Assembly (NCBI RefSeq): GCF_009914755.1
Contig: NC_060947.1
From: the human T2T-CHM13v2.0 reference genome, Homo sapiens
Direction: 5' to 3' (one strand)
DNA length: 64,000 nt
Part shown: positions 1 through 16,900 of the stretch, piece by piece
Layout of the letters: each line of letters begins with the position of its first letter
Position numbering within the stretch: position 1 is the first letter of the stretch
Position numbers and translations under genes: made by a program
The notes under the pieces: generated by a model
Database searches by the model: none
Told to the model about the DNA's origin: nothing
Seen by the model: the letters and a program-made list of their open reading frames with translations, nothing else

Positions 1-390
1 TTTCCAACCCCCTAAATATCTCTCCATAAAGAGCTTAGAACCTGAAATGTTATCATTGATGCCTAACACATTTGTCTTAAACATTACTTTCTTTCTACAT
101 TGTTTATTTCAGCGAGCAAGCCACCTTAGTCTTAAAGAGTTGGTGGGATGAGGGGTGGGACTGGCTGTAAGATGGAAGATGTACCTCTTCATTCTCATTT
201 GCAAAGGCTCTGTTTTTAATCATTTTTAGGGATCTCACTAATACTGCTAATCTGGTCGTTGTTTCTCAGAACTCCCTGAATATGAAGCAGAATGCACATG
301 AGAATGGAGTGCAACTGAATTGCTCTGTGCTAGATTCTAGACAAGGGAGAGCTTGCTGCTCAGGCTTTGGCTCTGTTGGAAGTAAATCTT

Positions 391-941
391 ATTCTTTGGG
401 TGATAGGCCCTGCCCTTTTAAGTGGTGCAAGATTTTCATTTTGTGTACCTAAAGAAACAGATCTCAAAATAAAACCAGCTACTCAGAAACAATGTGGCTG
501 TGACATGCACAAAATGGATACATGGCCAGGAGTAGTGTTCAATATCAGCCAAGAATAGTGGGCTAGATGCTATCAGTGGGGGCTGCTTTTGGTGCTTCCA
601 GAATAAGCTCTATTCAGATATCCCCATCAGTCTTCCCTAGAACGTTAATGTTTATCTAGTCCCACATATGCGGTTCTCTTTTCCTCCTTCTCTTCCTGGC
701 GGCTTCCCTGATATGTTCAATGCCTGAATGCCTCTCTGTGCTATCTATGGGCAGAGGAAATATAGCAGGAAGTGTAGGGAGCAGCTCAAAAGTTGTAATA
801 AAATGGCCATGTGCTCATTTTGTGCATGTTGTGGCCACACTGTTCCTGGGTAGCTAGTTTTATTCTGAGATCTGTTCCTTTAAGAACACAAAATGAAAAT
901 CTTGCACCACTTGAAAAAGTAGGGCCTATCACCCAAAGAAT
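391..941. repeat. Long inverted repeat, arms 391-528 and 804-941 (138 bp each), 275-bp spacer
   Basis: Manual ungapped alignment of arm 1 to the reverse complement of arm 2 gives 119/138 identities. The ORF track shows near-identical peptides on opposite strands (367..558+ and 786..980-). Confidence 0.97.
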
Positions 942-1089
942 CAGAGAGCAGCAAGTGACTCTCGGGTACCTTCCCCTCACCCCCTACATACCCCAAGCCT
1001 CTTCCTCCTTCCATTCTCAATCTCCTGATGTACGCTTGTCAATATAAGGGACACAGAGTTGAGTTACATCATTAAAACAGACCATCATT

Positions 1090-1391
1090 GGCCAGGCACA
1101 GTGGCTCATGCCTGTAATCCCAGCACTTTGGGAGGCTGAAGCAGGAGGATATTTGAGGCCAGGAGTTCAAGACCAGCCTGGCCTACAGAATAAGACCCTG
1201 TATCTACAATATTTTTTTTAAAATTAGCCAGGCATGGTGGTGCTGGCCTGTAGACCCAACTAGTTATGAGGCTGAGGTAGGAGGATCACTTGGGCCCAGG
1301 AGGTCAAGGCTGCAGTGAGCTATGATCATGCCACTGCACTCCAACCTGGGTGACAGAACAAGGCTTTGTCTCCAAAACAATTTAACAAAAT
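1090..1391 (+). mobile_element. Alu SINE, AluJ-like
   Basis: GGCCAGGCACAGTGGCTCATGCCTGTAATCCCAGC start, dimeric structure; GAGGATCACTT...GGTCAAGGCTGCAGTGAGCTATGATC is J-type. Confidence 0.93.
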
Positions 1392-1419
1392 ATAGAGGAA
1401 AGAATAAGTTCCTGGGGTT

Positions 1420-1690
1420 TAGGAGGCCTAGTTGAGCCATTATTTAGTTGTGTGACCTTGGACAAATCTCTTTTGATTCCTGGGCCTCAGTAAATGAGGG
1501 GAAAGGTAGGCTGCATTGCTAAGGATCTTGAAAGTTCTGATATTCAAAAAGTAAAAAGAGAGCATACACCTTGGCTCTGTGTTTGTATCCGACCTTAGAC
1601 AAATCACTTGCCCTATATGTATCTAAGTTTCTCTATCTAGAATATGGGAGGCTGAACTACATTGTTACTAATAGCCCTGCCAATCCTGAC
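1420..1690 (+). mobile_element. Two degenerate MIR SINE fragments
   Basis: MIR core-like TGTGTGACCTTGGACAAATC...GGGCCTCAG and GACCTTAGACAAATCACTT...AGTTTCTCTATCT. Confidence 0.65.
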
Positions 1691-2197
1691 ATGCTATGCA
1701 GCATTTCCTGAAACCAGACCAGGTGCTGACTACCTATGACAAAGAAAGTCATGAAGCATTTTGGGAGAAGAAAGTTGTCTCTTGCTTCCTGGTGCATGTG
1801 CTCGAGGGTCTGGCATAACTCATGGGATGGGTCCAATTTGCCAATAGTTGCATTTTTGTTTGCTTGATTTCTTGTCAAGACAAGTGTGCAATCCATTCTG
1901 TGAATATAATTAAAGCAGCTGAGGAGAGCACCCTTCAGTTCTCAAGAGTTAGAGATTCTAGTTCTCTCCAAAGGAGGAAATACATTTGCATTGGGAGCTA
2001 GGTCCCAGAGGATGCCTACCAAGAGCTGGTGAGTGCCTAATGCGAGGATCAGCATTGTGAGGAGGTGATGACCTACATGGTGTGCATTGAGGAATAATAG
2101 GGAGACCATCACTGTAAAGCATGCTTCTTCCAGTGCTCACCATTATGCCTTTAATTTTCCCATTTAAAAGACATTCATTGCAATATTGCAGATTTCA

Positions 2198-2390
2198 GTC
2201 AGAGGTTGCAAACTAGTGGCCCAGGGGCCAACCAGTGCCTGTCCACAGAGCTTACTTGGGCAGCACAGTTTTAAAGATTTGGATTTGAATACTTTTAGAC
2301 AGAGCAGTGTCTCCTGTGAGCCATAGACATCACTATTCCTTTTTGTATTATAGCTTCCTTTTTTATTGTGCCCCAGGATACTTGAATGCC
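2198..2390 (+). mobile_element. Old hAT/Charlie-type DNA transposon fragment (MER102-like)
   Basis: CAGAGGTTGCAAACT..GGCCC terminus resembles hAT MER ends; very diverged. Confidence 0.45.
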
Positions 2391-2813
2391 AGTGATTTAT
2401 GTGGAGTCAGGTTTTGGCTCCCTACTTTGTAGCTCCTCCTCTGTTGGAAGTTAGATACTCTGGAAGCTGATCTTCTTCCAGCCTCGGAAGTGGGCACTAG
2501 GTGGTAGCTTAATGGTTTAAAGAGATTTGATGTGTTCCAATACCTGCCTGAATTCCAACGAGGATTTTAAATCCCGAGATAACCTGGTTACCTTACCCAT
2601 CCAGAGGGTTCTAATCTGTACCCTCTGGGGTCCAAATGTGGAGTTCCCCAGTGTGGGTGACTGCTAGCTCTGGCACAGAGGCTCAAACAGTTTCTCCCAA
2701 ACCTAGTCATTGCTGGGGATGAGAACAACAGCTAACAATGGACCCTGGTCACAGAAGCACTTCCTACAACTGGACTTTAGCTTGAGAGAGAAGAAGATGA
2801 AAAAGAACACTGC

Positions 2814-3100
2814 GGCCAGGCATGGTGGCCTTGTAATCCCAGCACTTTGGGATGCCGAGGCAGACAGATCACTTGAGGTCAGGAGTTCGAGACCAGCCTG
2901 GCCAACATGGTGAGACCCCATCTCTACCAAAAATACAAAAACTAGTCGGGCATGGTAGCACACACCTGTAATCCCAGCTACTCAGGAGGCTGAGGCATGA
3001 GAATCACTTTAGCCTGGGAGGCAGAGGCTGCAGTGAGCCAAGATTGCGCCACTGCACTTTAGCCTGGGTGACAGAGCGAGACTCCATCCCTCCCCCCATA
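2814..3100 (+). mobile_element. Alu SINE, AluS-like
   Basis: Full dimer; TSD-like AGAACACTG on both sides (about 2804-2812 and 3105-3113); A-tail degraded to a C-rich run. Confidence 0.95.
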
Positions 3101-3201
3101 AAACAGAACACTGAATAATAGTTTTACGTTTTATATTATTTAAAATTCTCTTTAGTTTTCCAGGGCTTGAAAAAAGCCTCTGGGAATGGCTTTCAGACCC
3201 A

Positions 3202-3245
3202 AAGGTAAAGCTTTCCCTGGAGTAAGGTAAAGTTTTCCCTGGAGT
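3202..3245. repeat. 22-bp tandem duplication
   Basis: AAGGTAAAGCTTTCCCTGGAGT followed by AAGGTAAAGTTTTCCCTGGAGT (1 mismatch). Confidence 0.95.
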
Positions 3246-4204
3246 GAGGAGAACTCTTTCAGGTTATGTGCAAAATGTTTTCCTTGAGTTCACCAAGTAT
3301 TTAACTGCTGACTTGTTTTTCCAGCTCTCAGCCTCAAACTTCCCTCTAAGTCAGCCTGAAGAGACTTAATAGGAGATAAACAGTAAGTTATTCAGGCTTG
3401 TCTTGCTTCCCAAGTAACATTGTGGGCTCACCTTCTGCTCTGAAAATGGAGGTCCAGAGGGAACAGACACATGAAAGTGAGGCTGGGGCTTGTTGTAGGG
3501 AAGTTGTTAATGGCAGAGGAGTTCTGAGAGCAAAACAAAATCCTGTCACCATCCAAACCTCAACCTTCACGACCATCTGGGCAACCTCCCCCCACCCCAT
3601 TTTACTGACATTTTGTTATCTTTTTCTTCAAGAAGGATAAGAAAAGCAATACTATTCCCCAGCAGAGGAGGCCTACAGCTATGCCTGAAAGTCAAGAAAT
3701 TTAGTGTCCAGTGGTCAGTAGCCACTTCTGCCTTCTAGCCCTGCTACCTTCTCTCCAAATTTTCATTTTTAGTTCCTTCACTCATCCAGAAAAAGTTCAG
3801 TGATGTTTAGAGAAGACAGACAACTGCATAATTCATCTAAGAAATCCTCATTAGGTTCATTTCAATTAAAAAAGAAAAGTTTGGGGTATTAAGAAGCATG
3901 CCTCAATTCCCCAGGTAACCTTCCACCTTAATCCTTGAATATATGTTCACCAAGATTGTACCTCTGGCCACCATTTCTTCTCCCGCTTTGTACTTCAAGT
4001 ACCATCTTTCCATGATTTTAAGAAATCACGTATTTTAAGACATTGATTTAATAATAGCTTTACAAAAGTTCACTGCATTTTATTTTAGAAATTGCTTAAT
4101 ATCAAGGAAGTATGCTACCATCTTTCTGCTAATATTCCTGAACTTTTGTCTGCACCTCTGACCCTTCTCCTGAAGTTATGTAACTAACTGCCCACTGGAA
4201 GTCT

Positions 4205-4715
4205 TCATTTACCAGTTATTTACTGAGGACTTACTATGAGTCCAGACACTGTTCAAATCCCTGTGGGTGCAGCAAAAATAACACACATAAAGTCGCTACT
4301 CTTGTGGATTTTATATTCTAGTTGGGAAAGACAGATAATAAATAAGTACATGGTACAACCAATAATAGTAATCATAATAAATTATATGAAGAGAATGAGA
4401 CCTGCTACTATAAAGGAGAGTGACTGAAAAGGGAGGTTGTTATAGCTAGGGTGCTTACTGAAGACCTTCCCAATGAGGAAACATTTGAGCAGAGGTCTGA
4501 ATCATAAAAAGGATCCAGCTATATGCAGGTCTGGAGAAGAACATTCCAGACAGAGTAAACAACAAATATAAAGGTCCTGAGGTGAGAACGAAAAGAAAGT
4601 CAGTGTGACTGAAGGGCAGTGAGCAACTGTGATCATAGGAGAAGAGGTAGGATAATTAAGCAGTAACCAGGATTGGGCCTGAAGTCCAGGGCATAAAGTT
4701 TGTATTTTATTTTAA
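4205..4715 (-). mobile_element. L2 LINE fragment
   Basis: TATTTACTGAG..CTTACTATG..CCAGACACTG (antisense L2 3' end), then GA-rich L2 body (ACATTTGAGCAGAGGTCTGAA, AGAACATTCCAG). Confidence 0.8.
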
Positions 4716-4717
4716 GT

Positions 4718-5030
4718 ACTATTCATATCAGCATTATTAATAATAGCCAAATGGTGAAAATGACTGAAATGTCCATCAACAATTGAATGGATAAAATGTG
4801 GTATATGCACACAATGGAATATTATGCAGCTATAAAAAGGAACAAAGTACTGATAGATGCTACAACATGAATAAATCTTGAAAACATACTAAGTGAAAGA
4901 AGCCAGGCACATACTATACAATTCGCACATTTAAAATATGTAATTCAGTGGTTTTTAGTATATTCACAGAGTTTGGTAACCATCACCACAATCAATTTTA
5001 GAACACTTTCATCACCTCAGAAATAAACTG
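4718..5030. mobile_element. Old L1M 3' fragments (plus piece about 4718-4910, minus piece about 4910-5030)
   Basis: AAATGTCCATCAAC..AAATGTGGTATAT..ACAATGGAATATTAT; then AATTCAGTGGTTTTTAGTATATTCACAGAGT (antisense L1MB-type end). Confidence 0.75.
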
Positions 5031-5647
5031 TGTATATAGTATATTTTATTTAACAATAAAATTGTTAAAATAAAGAACTGGGTTTGGGACGTGTTAAGTT
5101 TGAGGAACAAGTAGGTCCTTAAATATTGGGTAGGTCATTGTATACATGAGTCTAAGAATTCAGTGGGGAGATCCAGGCTGAGGAAATAAATATAGGAGGG
5201 TGTTTTTCATCTCTTTAAACTCTATTTCTTCTCCCTCATTCCTAGTGAAGATGGAGCTTTTAGTGTAATGATGTGCCAATAGCTTGCTATTAAGAACTCA
5301 GTATTGGCAAGAAGAAAGGTCTTAAGAGTAATTCATGCTGAAGGCTCCAAAAGACATCAAGGAGGCCTCTAAAAAGCCATTGAATGGAAGGATCTACCAT
5401 AACTCTACAAGAATGATGATTTCTCAGCCCTGACATTTACTAATTGTTTCCTAGGATTCTATTCATAAGTTCCATTATGAGTCTGTTACACATACCTCTT
5501 TGTTTTTATTTTAGGGATTGCTGTAAGATTTACCATCTGCATCTTTAACTTATTAGATTTTCTTTTCAAATAATGCCGTATCAGTTCACATAAAAGAATC
5601 TTAGAGCAATATATTTTCCACTTCTCTGCCCTTTGCAATATCGTTGA

Positions 5648-6001
<354 letters not shown>

Positions 6002-6061
6002 GAAGTTAATTATCTTTTAGAGAAATTTAATATGAGAACATAGTTTAAAAATATCTGCCCA

Positions 6062-6365
6062 CAGAAGCTCTTTAGTTTAATCCATTATCCTTAGCACACT
6101 AACACAGGAACAGAAAATACTACATGTTCTTGCTTATAAGTGTGTGCTAAATGATGAGAACACATGGCCACATAGACGGGAACAACACACACTAGAGTCT
6201 TTCGGAGGATAGAGGGTGGGAAGAGGGAGAGGATCAGGAAAAATAACTAATAAGTACTAAGCTTCGTATCTGGGTGATGAAATCATCTGTACAACAGAAA
6301 CCCATGGCACAAGTTTACCTATGTAACAAACCTACACTTGTACCCCTGAACTTAGTTAAAAAAAA
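6062..6365 (+). mobile_element. Short older L1PA 3' end with a ~20-nt 5' inverted piece
   Basis: L1 3' UTR at 6082-6357; antisense ORF2 piece at 6062-6081; TSD ATCTGCCCACA at 6053-6063 and 6365-6375. Confidence 0.85.
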
Positions 6366-6531
6366 TCTGCCCACATATTTTCCATTCTGGAGCTCTTTAT
6401 TCCTTTGTTTAGGTCCCAATTTCTATCTGGCATAACTTACCTTTAGGCTGAAGAACTTCCTTTAATATCCCTGTATTACAGGTCTATTGGCATGAAGTCT
6501 GTTAGCTTTTGCTTGTAAAGAAATAGTATTC

Positions 6532-10790
<4,259 letters not shown>

Positions 10791-12524
10791 AAAGAAATAG
10801 TATTCGTTTTGCTTTTATTCTTGAAGAACATATTCTTGAAGTATATTTGAAACTTAAAGATTAGTTCCTATCTGGCTTGCATTGTTTGTGCTGAGAAGTC
10901 TGCAGTCATTCTTATCATTTTTCTCTGGTATCTTATGTGTCTTTTTTTCCTCTGGCTACTACTGAGATATTTTCCTTAATCATGACTTTTTGGCAATTTT
11001 ATTATGATGTGTCTTTGTGTTGTTTGCTTGGTGTTTATCCTTCATGAGTTCACTGGGATTCTTGGATCTGTGGGTTTATGCTTTTCATGAAATTTCGAAA
11101 AAATGTGCTGTTATTTCATCAAATACATTTTCCACCTTCTCCTGTTGCTTCTCTTTGGGACCTCAGTTACACGTAGATTAGATTGCTTAATATTGTGCCA
11201 CAAATCTCTATTCTTTGTTGTTACTGTTTGGCACTTTTTTTCTTTCTATCTTTCATTGTAGTTAGATTCTCTTGCTATGTCATCAAGGCACTGGTATTTT
11301 CTTCTGAAGTGTCTAATTTGCAATTAAAGTACAAACCTTTCAACAGCACACTTCAATTTATGATTACTTTTCATATTACATATTGTATTTTTCAGATTTA
11401 GAAGTTGCATTTGTTTCTTTTTTATATCTTCCCTCATTATGTTTATAAGTTTTCCTTTATTTTTTGAGCATTCTTAAAATAGCCATTTTAATGTTATTGT
11501 CTACTAATTTCATCAGCTCTCTCATTTTTTTATTTTATTTCTATTGACTGACTTCTCTCCTAGTCGTGGGTAACATTTTCCTTTTTCTTGTATGTCTAAT
11601 AATTTTTAATTTAGAATAGTATGTTGCTGAGTGTCTGCACTTGGTTGTCTTCCTTAAGAAAATGTTGGGCTTTGCCTAGTAGGCAGTTCTGTTACTCTAG
11701 CCAGTTCATTATGATATTTTTGAGTCTCATTTGGAAGTTTTGTTATAGCAGATCTATTGCATACTTTACCCACTGCTTGCTTATCCCTAATAAAAAACTA
11801 TGTTCCTTCATAAGCCTCTACCTGATTCCCTGGGTATTCAACAAGTTCTCGCTCCTTTATCTGGCTGGAACTTAAATGTCTCCTATACTTGCGTGAACTC
11901 TAAATTTTTCAGCTCACAGCATCCTGGTAGTTGCCTTTGTCTTGAAACATGGCATTTCACCATATGTATTTATGTGGATGATTCATAAGCAGAACTCAGG
12001 ATTATGCCTATACAGATTTCTGAAGGTCTTTTCCTGCATATCGTCTTCCTCTCCTGTGCTCTTGTCAAGAAATTCCACTCACCTCAGCTTCCGTAAACTC
12101 TAGTCTCTGTTTCCTGAATTCAGTGTCTGCTGAGCTCTGCTCAAGTTTCCTCTTCATGCAGTATGGACAAGGAAGTAGGGCTCACCTCAACTGTTATATT
12201 CCATGATGGATCACATTCTGTGCCTGAAAATAGTTGTTTCACGTATTTTGTCCAGTTTTCTAAATGTGTATAATAGGGCAACAAGTTTGGTACTAAGTAC
12301 TCCACCATGATAGAATCCAAAGCCTCTCAAAGTATTACTTTAAAAAAATTTTTAAAGCACATTTCTGACCTGGCTCTTTCTGGTCTCTGTGCCTTTGCTC
12401 ATGTCCAAATCATATTCACTCTTCAAGACCCAGAGTATGCTATCTCCTTGATGCAACGTTTAATATACCTCTGCCAGAAACAATCTCTCTTTCCTTTGCT
12501 CTCCAGGGCACGTTTATGAATTCC

Positions 12525-13040
12525 TTCATTCACTCATTTAGGAATTAAACAATCATATAATGAGCACTTTCCATGTTCCAGGCACTGTGCTAGGCCCTGA
12601 GGATACAGAAATACAAACTCCCTTTTCTTTAAAGCTCATATTTTGTTGAGGGTGGAGACTATACATTGTGATATTAATACTATTGTGGCAGAAGGATGCC
12701 GACTGGACCATGTAAGCACACACAGTGGAAGGACAAGAAGTCTGCTGGAGAAATCCAGATACAGAAGGTTTATTAGTAGAAGTGATAATTGCTAGGAGAG
12801 ACGGGAGGGAAGAGTGTTCCAGATGAAAGGACTAACATGTACTCTTAATGTCTGTGTAAATCCAAGTCACACTATTACTCTCAGTCCCCCCACTGCTTTG
12901 TAAGCTCCTGGAGTATAGAGATTGTGTTTTGTTTATCATCATCCCCACGCCACCCCCGCCCCCGCCCACTGCAGATTTCCAATATAAGCACCATTTATAA
13001 CACACTGCAACACATAGTAAGTATTTAGTAAGTATTTGGG
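12525..13040. mobile_element. L2 fragments (minus about 12525-12840; plus 3' end about 12895-13040)
   Basis: TTCATTCACTCATT..TGTTCCAGGCACTGTGCTAGG; TGTAAGCTCCTGGAG...ACATAGTAAGTATTTAGTAAGTATTTG. Confidence 0.75.
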
Positions 13041-13721
13041 AGTACAAAATTATAATAGCTTATTTTTCTACAATAGAGTTATGATCAGAAAATTACTTGG
13101 AAATGCCTAATCCTCTCAAACTGGGTACACTCGCTAGACTGAGAAGTGTTCCCCCGAGTTTCATTGATCTCTGAGACATAGCGACATCCCCTTTTTGAGC
13201 ATTATAGAAGGAAGAGTCTCCTATATATAGCTAGGAAATGATATCTATACGTGGCTACTGCAGATTTTTGCAATAGCTTCAGGGCTTCCATGTAGACATC
13301 ATAAATAATGTCTGTAGAGAAGTTCTCATGCTGGTATATTATCTTAGGTCAAAATGAATCAGTTTGACTGATAATCTGGCTAATTCAGCTCAAATCTTGT
13401 GTTTCTGTCTTTATTACCTAGATAACTGCCTGAATCCTTTGATTGGGTTTTGACATGACTTAATTGCATGTGTATTATTCATGTCTGTCAGCCTCACACT
13501 GAAAACCAACATTCTGATTTCTGTGTTGCACTAGAAAGGGGTCTGTATACCTGGATTCTGTTTTCAGCTCTGCAAGTCTCATCATGTCTCTGAGACTCTC
13601 TCATAGAGATGATAATAATACTTAGAATATCATTAGTATTTTCATGCCTCATATTTGAAGTGAAAGTATTTTTAAATCATATAAAGTGCTTAAAGATGTC
13701 TGAAGAATTATTCTACACATG

Positions 13722-13967
13722 CATTCATGTATCACTTAATTAACTTTGTCAGACAGTTTTCTCACTGTGCAAAAAACATAGACTGTGCTTATACAAACCT
13801 AGATGGTATAGCCTACTACAAACCTAGGCTGTATGGTAGAGTCTCTTGCTCCTAGGCTACAAACCTGTACAGCATGATACTGCACTGAATACTGTAGGTA
13901 ACTGCAACACAATGGTAGGTATTTCTGTATCTAAACATATAAAAGGTACAGCAAAAGTACCTTACTA
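13722..13967 (+). mobile_element. Tigger3a-like (TcMar-Tigger) DNA transposon, left part
   Basis: ACAAACCTAGATGGTATAGCCTACTAC..GCTCCTAGGCTACAAACCTGTACAGCATG matches the Tigger3/Golem consensus as I recall it. Confidence 0.9.
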
Positions 13968-16900
13968 GACAAGGAAGGGCATTACATAATGATAAAGGGA
14001 TCAATGCAGCAAGAAGAGCTAACTATCCTAAATACATATGCACCCAATACAGGAGCACCCAGATTAATAAAGCAAGTTCTTAAAGAACTACAAAGAGACT
14101 TAGACTCCCACACAATAATAGTGGGAGACTTTAACACCCCGCTGTCAATATTAGATCAACGAGACAGAAAATTAACAAGGATATTCAGGACTTGAACTCA
14201 AGTCTGGACCAAGCAGACCTAATAGACATCTATAGAACTCTCCACACCAAATCAACAGAATATACATTCTTCTCAGCACCTCATCACACTTATTCTAAAA
14301 TTGACCACATAATTGGAAGTAAAACACTCCTCAGCAAATGAAGATGAATGGAAATCATAACAAACAGTCTCTCAGACCACAGTGCCATCAAATGAAAACT
14401 CAGGATTAAGAAACTCACTCAAAACCTCACAACTACATGGAAACTGAACAACCTGCTCTTGAATGACTATTGGGTAAATAACGAAATTAAGGCAGACATA
14501 AATAAGTTATTTGAAACCAATGAGAATGAAGACACAATGTACCAGAATTGCTGGGACACATTTAAACCAGTATGTAGAGGGAAATTTATAGCACTAAATA
14601 CCCACAAGAGAAAGCAGGAAAGATCTAAAATTGACACCCTAACATCAAAATTAAAAGAACTAGAGAAGCAACAACAAACACATTCAAAATCTAGCAGAAG
14701 ACAAGAAATAACTAAGATCAGAGCAGAACTGAAGGAGCTAGAGACATAAAAAACCCTTCAAAAAATTAATGAATCCAGGAGCTCATTTTTTGAAAAGATC
14801 AACAAAATAGATAGACAACTATCCACACTAATAAAGAAGAAAAGAGAGATGAATCAAATAGATGCAATAAAAAATGATATAGGGGATATCACCACTGATC
14901 CCACAGAAATACAAACTACCATCAGAGAATACTATAAACTCCTCTATGCAAATAAACTAGAAAATCTAGAAGAAATGGATAAATTCCTGGACACATACAC
15001 CCTCCCAAGTCTAAACCAGGAAGAAATCAAATCCCTAAATAAACCAATGACAAGTTCTGAAATTGAGTCATTAATTAATAGCCTACCAACCAAGAAAAGC
15101 CCAGGACCAGACGGATTCATAGCCGAATTCTACCAGAGGTACAAAGAGGAGCTGGTACCATTCCTTCTGAAACTATTCCAAACAATACAAAAAGAGGGAA
15201 TCCTCCCTAACTCATTTTATGAGGCCAGCATTATCCTGATACCAAAACCTGGAGAGACACAACAGAAAAAGAAATTTTCAGGCCAATATCCCTGATGAAC
15301 ATCGTTGCAAAAATTCTCAATAAAATACTGGCAAACCGAATCCAGCAGCACATCAAAAAGCGTATCCACCATGATCAAGTTGGCTTCATTCCTGGGATGC
15401 AAGGCTGGTTCAACATACACAAATCAATAAATGCAATCCATCGTATAAACAGAACCAATGACAAAAACCACATGATTATCTCAATAGACGTACAAAAGGC
15501 CTTTGACAAAATTTGACACCCCTTCATGCTAAAAACTCACAATAAACTAGGTATCAGTGGAATGTATCTCAAAATAATAAGAGTTATTTATGACAAACCC
15601 ACAGCCAGTATCATACTGAATGGGCAAAAACTGGAAGCATTCCCTTTGAAAACCAGCACAAGACAAGGATACCCTCTCTCACCACTCCTATTCAACATAG
15701 TATTGGAAGTTCTGGCCAGGGCAATCTGGCAAGAGAAAGGAAGAAAATAGGAAGAGAGGAAGTCAAATTGTCTCTGTTTGCAGATGACATGATTGTATAT
15801 TTAGAAAACCCCATCATCTCAGCCCAAAATCTCCTTAAGCTGATAAGCAACTTCAGCAAAGTCTCAGGATACAAAATCAATTTGCAAAAATCACACACAT
15901 TCCTATACACCAATAACAGACAAACAGAGAGCCAAATCATGAGTGAACTCCCATTCACAATTGCTACAAAGAGAATAAAATATCTAGGGATCCAACTTAC
16001 AAGGGATGTGAAGGACCTCCTCAAGGAGAACTACAAACCACTGCTCAGCGAAATAAAAGAGGATACAGACAAATGGAAGAACATTCCATGCTCATGGGTA
16101 GGAAGAATCAATATCGTGAAAATGGCCATACTGCCCAAGGTAATTTATAGATTCAATGCCATCCCCATCAAGCTACCAATGACTTTATTCACAGAATTGG
16201 AAAAAACTACTTTAAAGTTCATATGGAACCAAAAAAGAGCCTGCATTGCCAAGTCAATCCTAAGCCAAAGGAACAAAACTGGAGGCATCACACTACCTGA
16301 CTTCAAACTATACTACAAGGCTACAGTAAGCAAAACAGCATGGTACTGGTACCAGAACACATATATAGACCAATAGAACAGAACAGAGGCCTCAGGAATA
16401 ACACTACACATCTACAGCCATCTGATCTTTGACAAACCTGACAAAAACAAGCAATGGGGAAAGGATTCCCTATTTAATAAATGGTGTTGGGTAAGCTGGC
16501 TAGCCATGTGCAGAAAACTGAAACTGGACCCCTTCCTTACACCTTATACAAAAATCAACTCATGGTGGATCAGAGACTTAAACGTAAGACCTAGGACCAT
16601 AAAAATCCTAGAAGAAAACCTGGGCAATACCATTCAGGACATAGGCATGGGCAAGGACTTCATGTCTGAAACACCAAAAGCAATGGCAACAGGAGCCAAA
16701 ATTGACAAATGGGATCTAATTAAAGTAAAGAGCTTCTGCACAGCAAAAGAAACTATCATCAGACTGAACAGGCAACCTACAGAATGGGGGAAAATTTTTG
16801 CAATCTATCCATCTGACAAAGGGCTAATATCTAGAATCTACAAAGAACTTAAACAAATGTACAAGAAAAAAACAAACAATCCCATCAAAAAGTGGGCAAA

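Noticed and set aside
367-980. Two similar ORFs on opposite strands (63 and 64 aa) as a duplicated small gene pair
   Set aside because: The similarity follows from the inverted repeat. Many differences change amino acids, the plus ORF starts at TTG, and there is no gene context.
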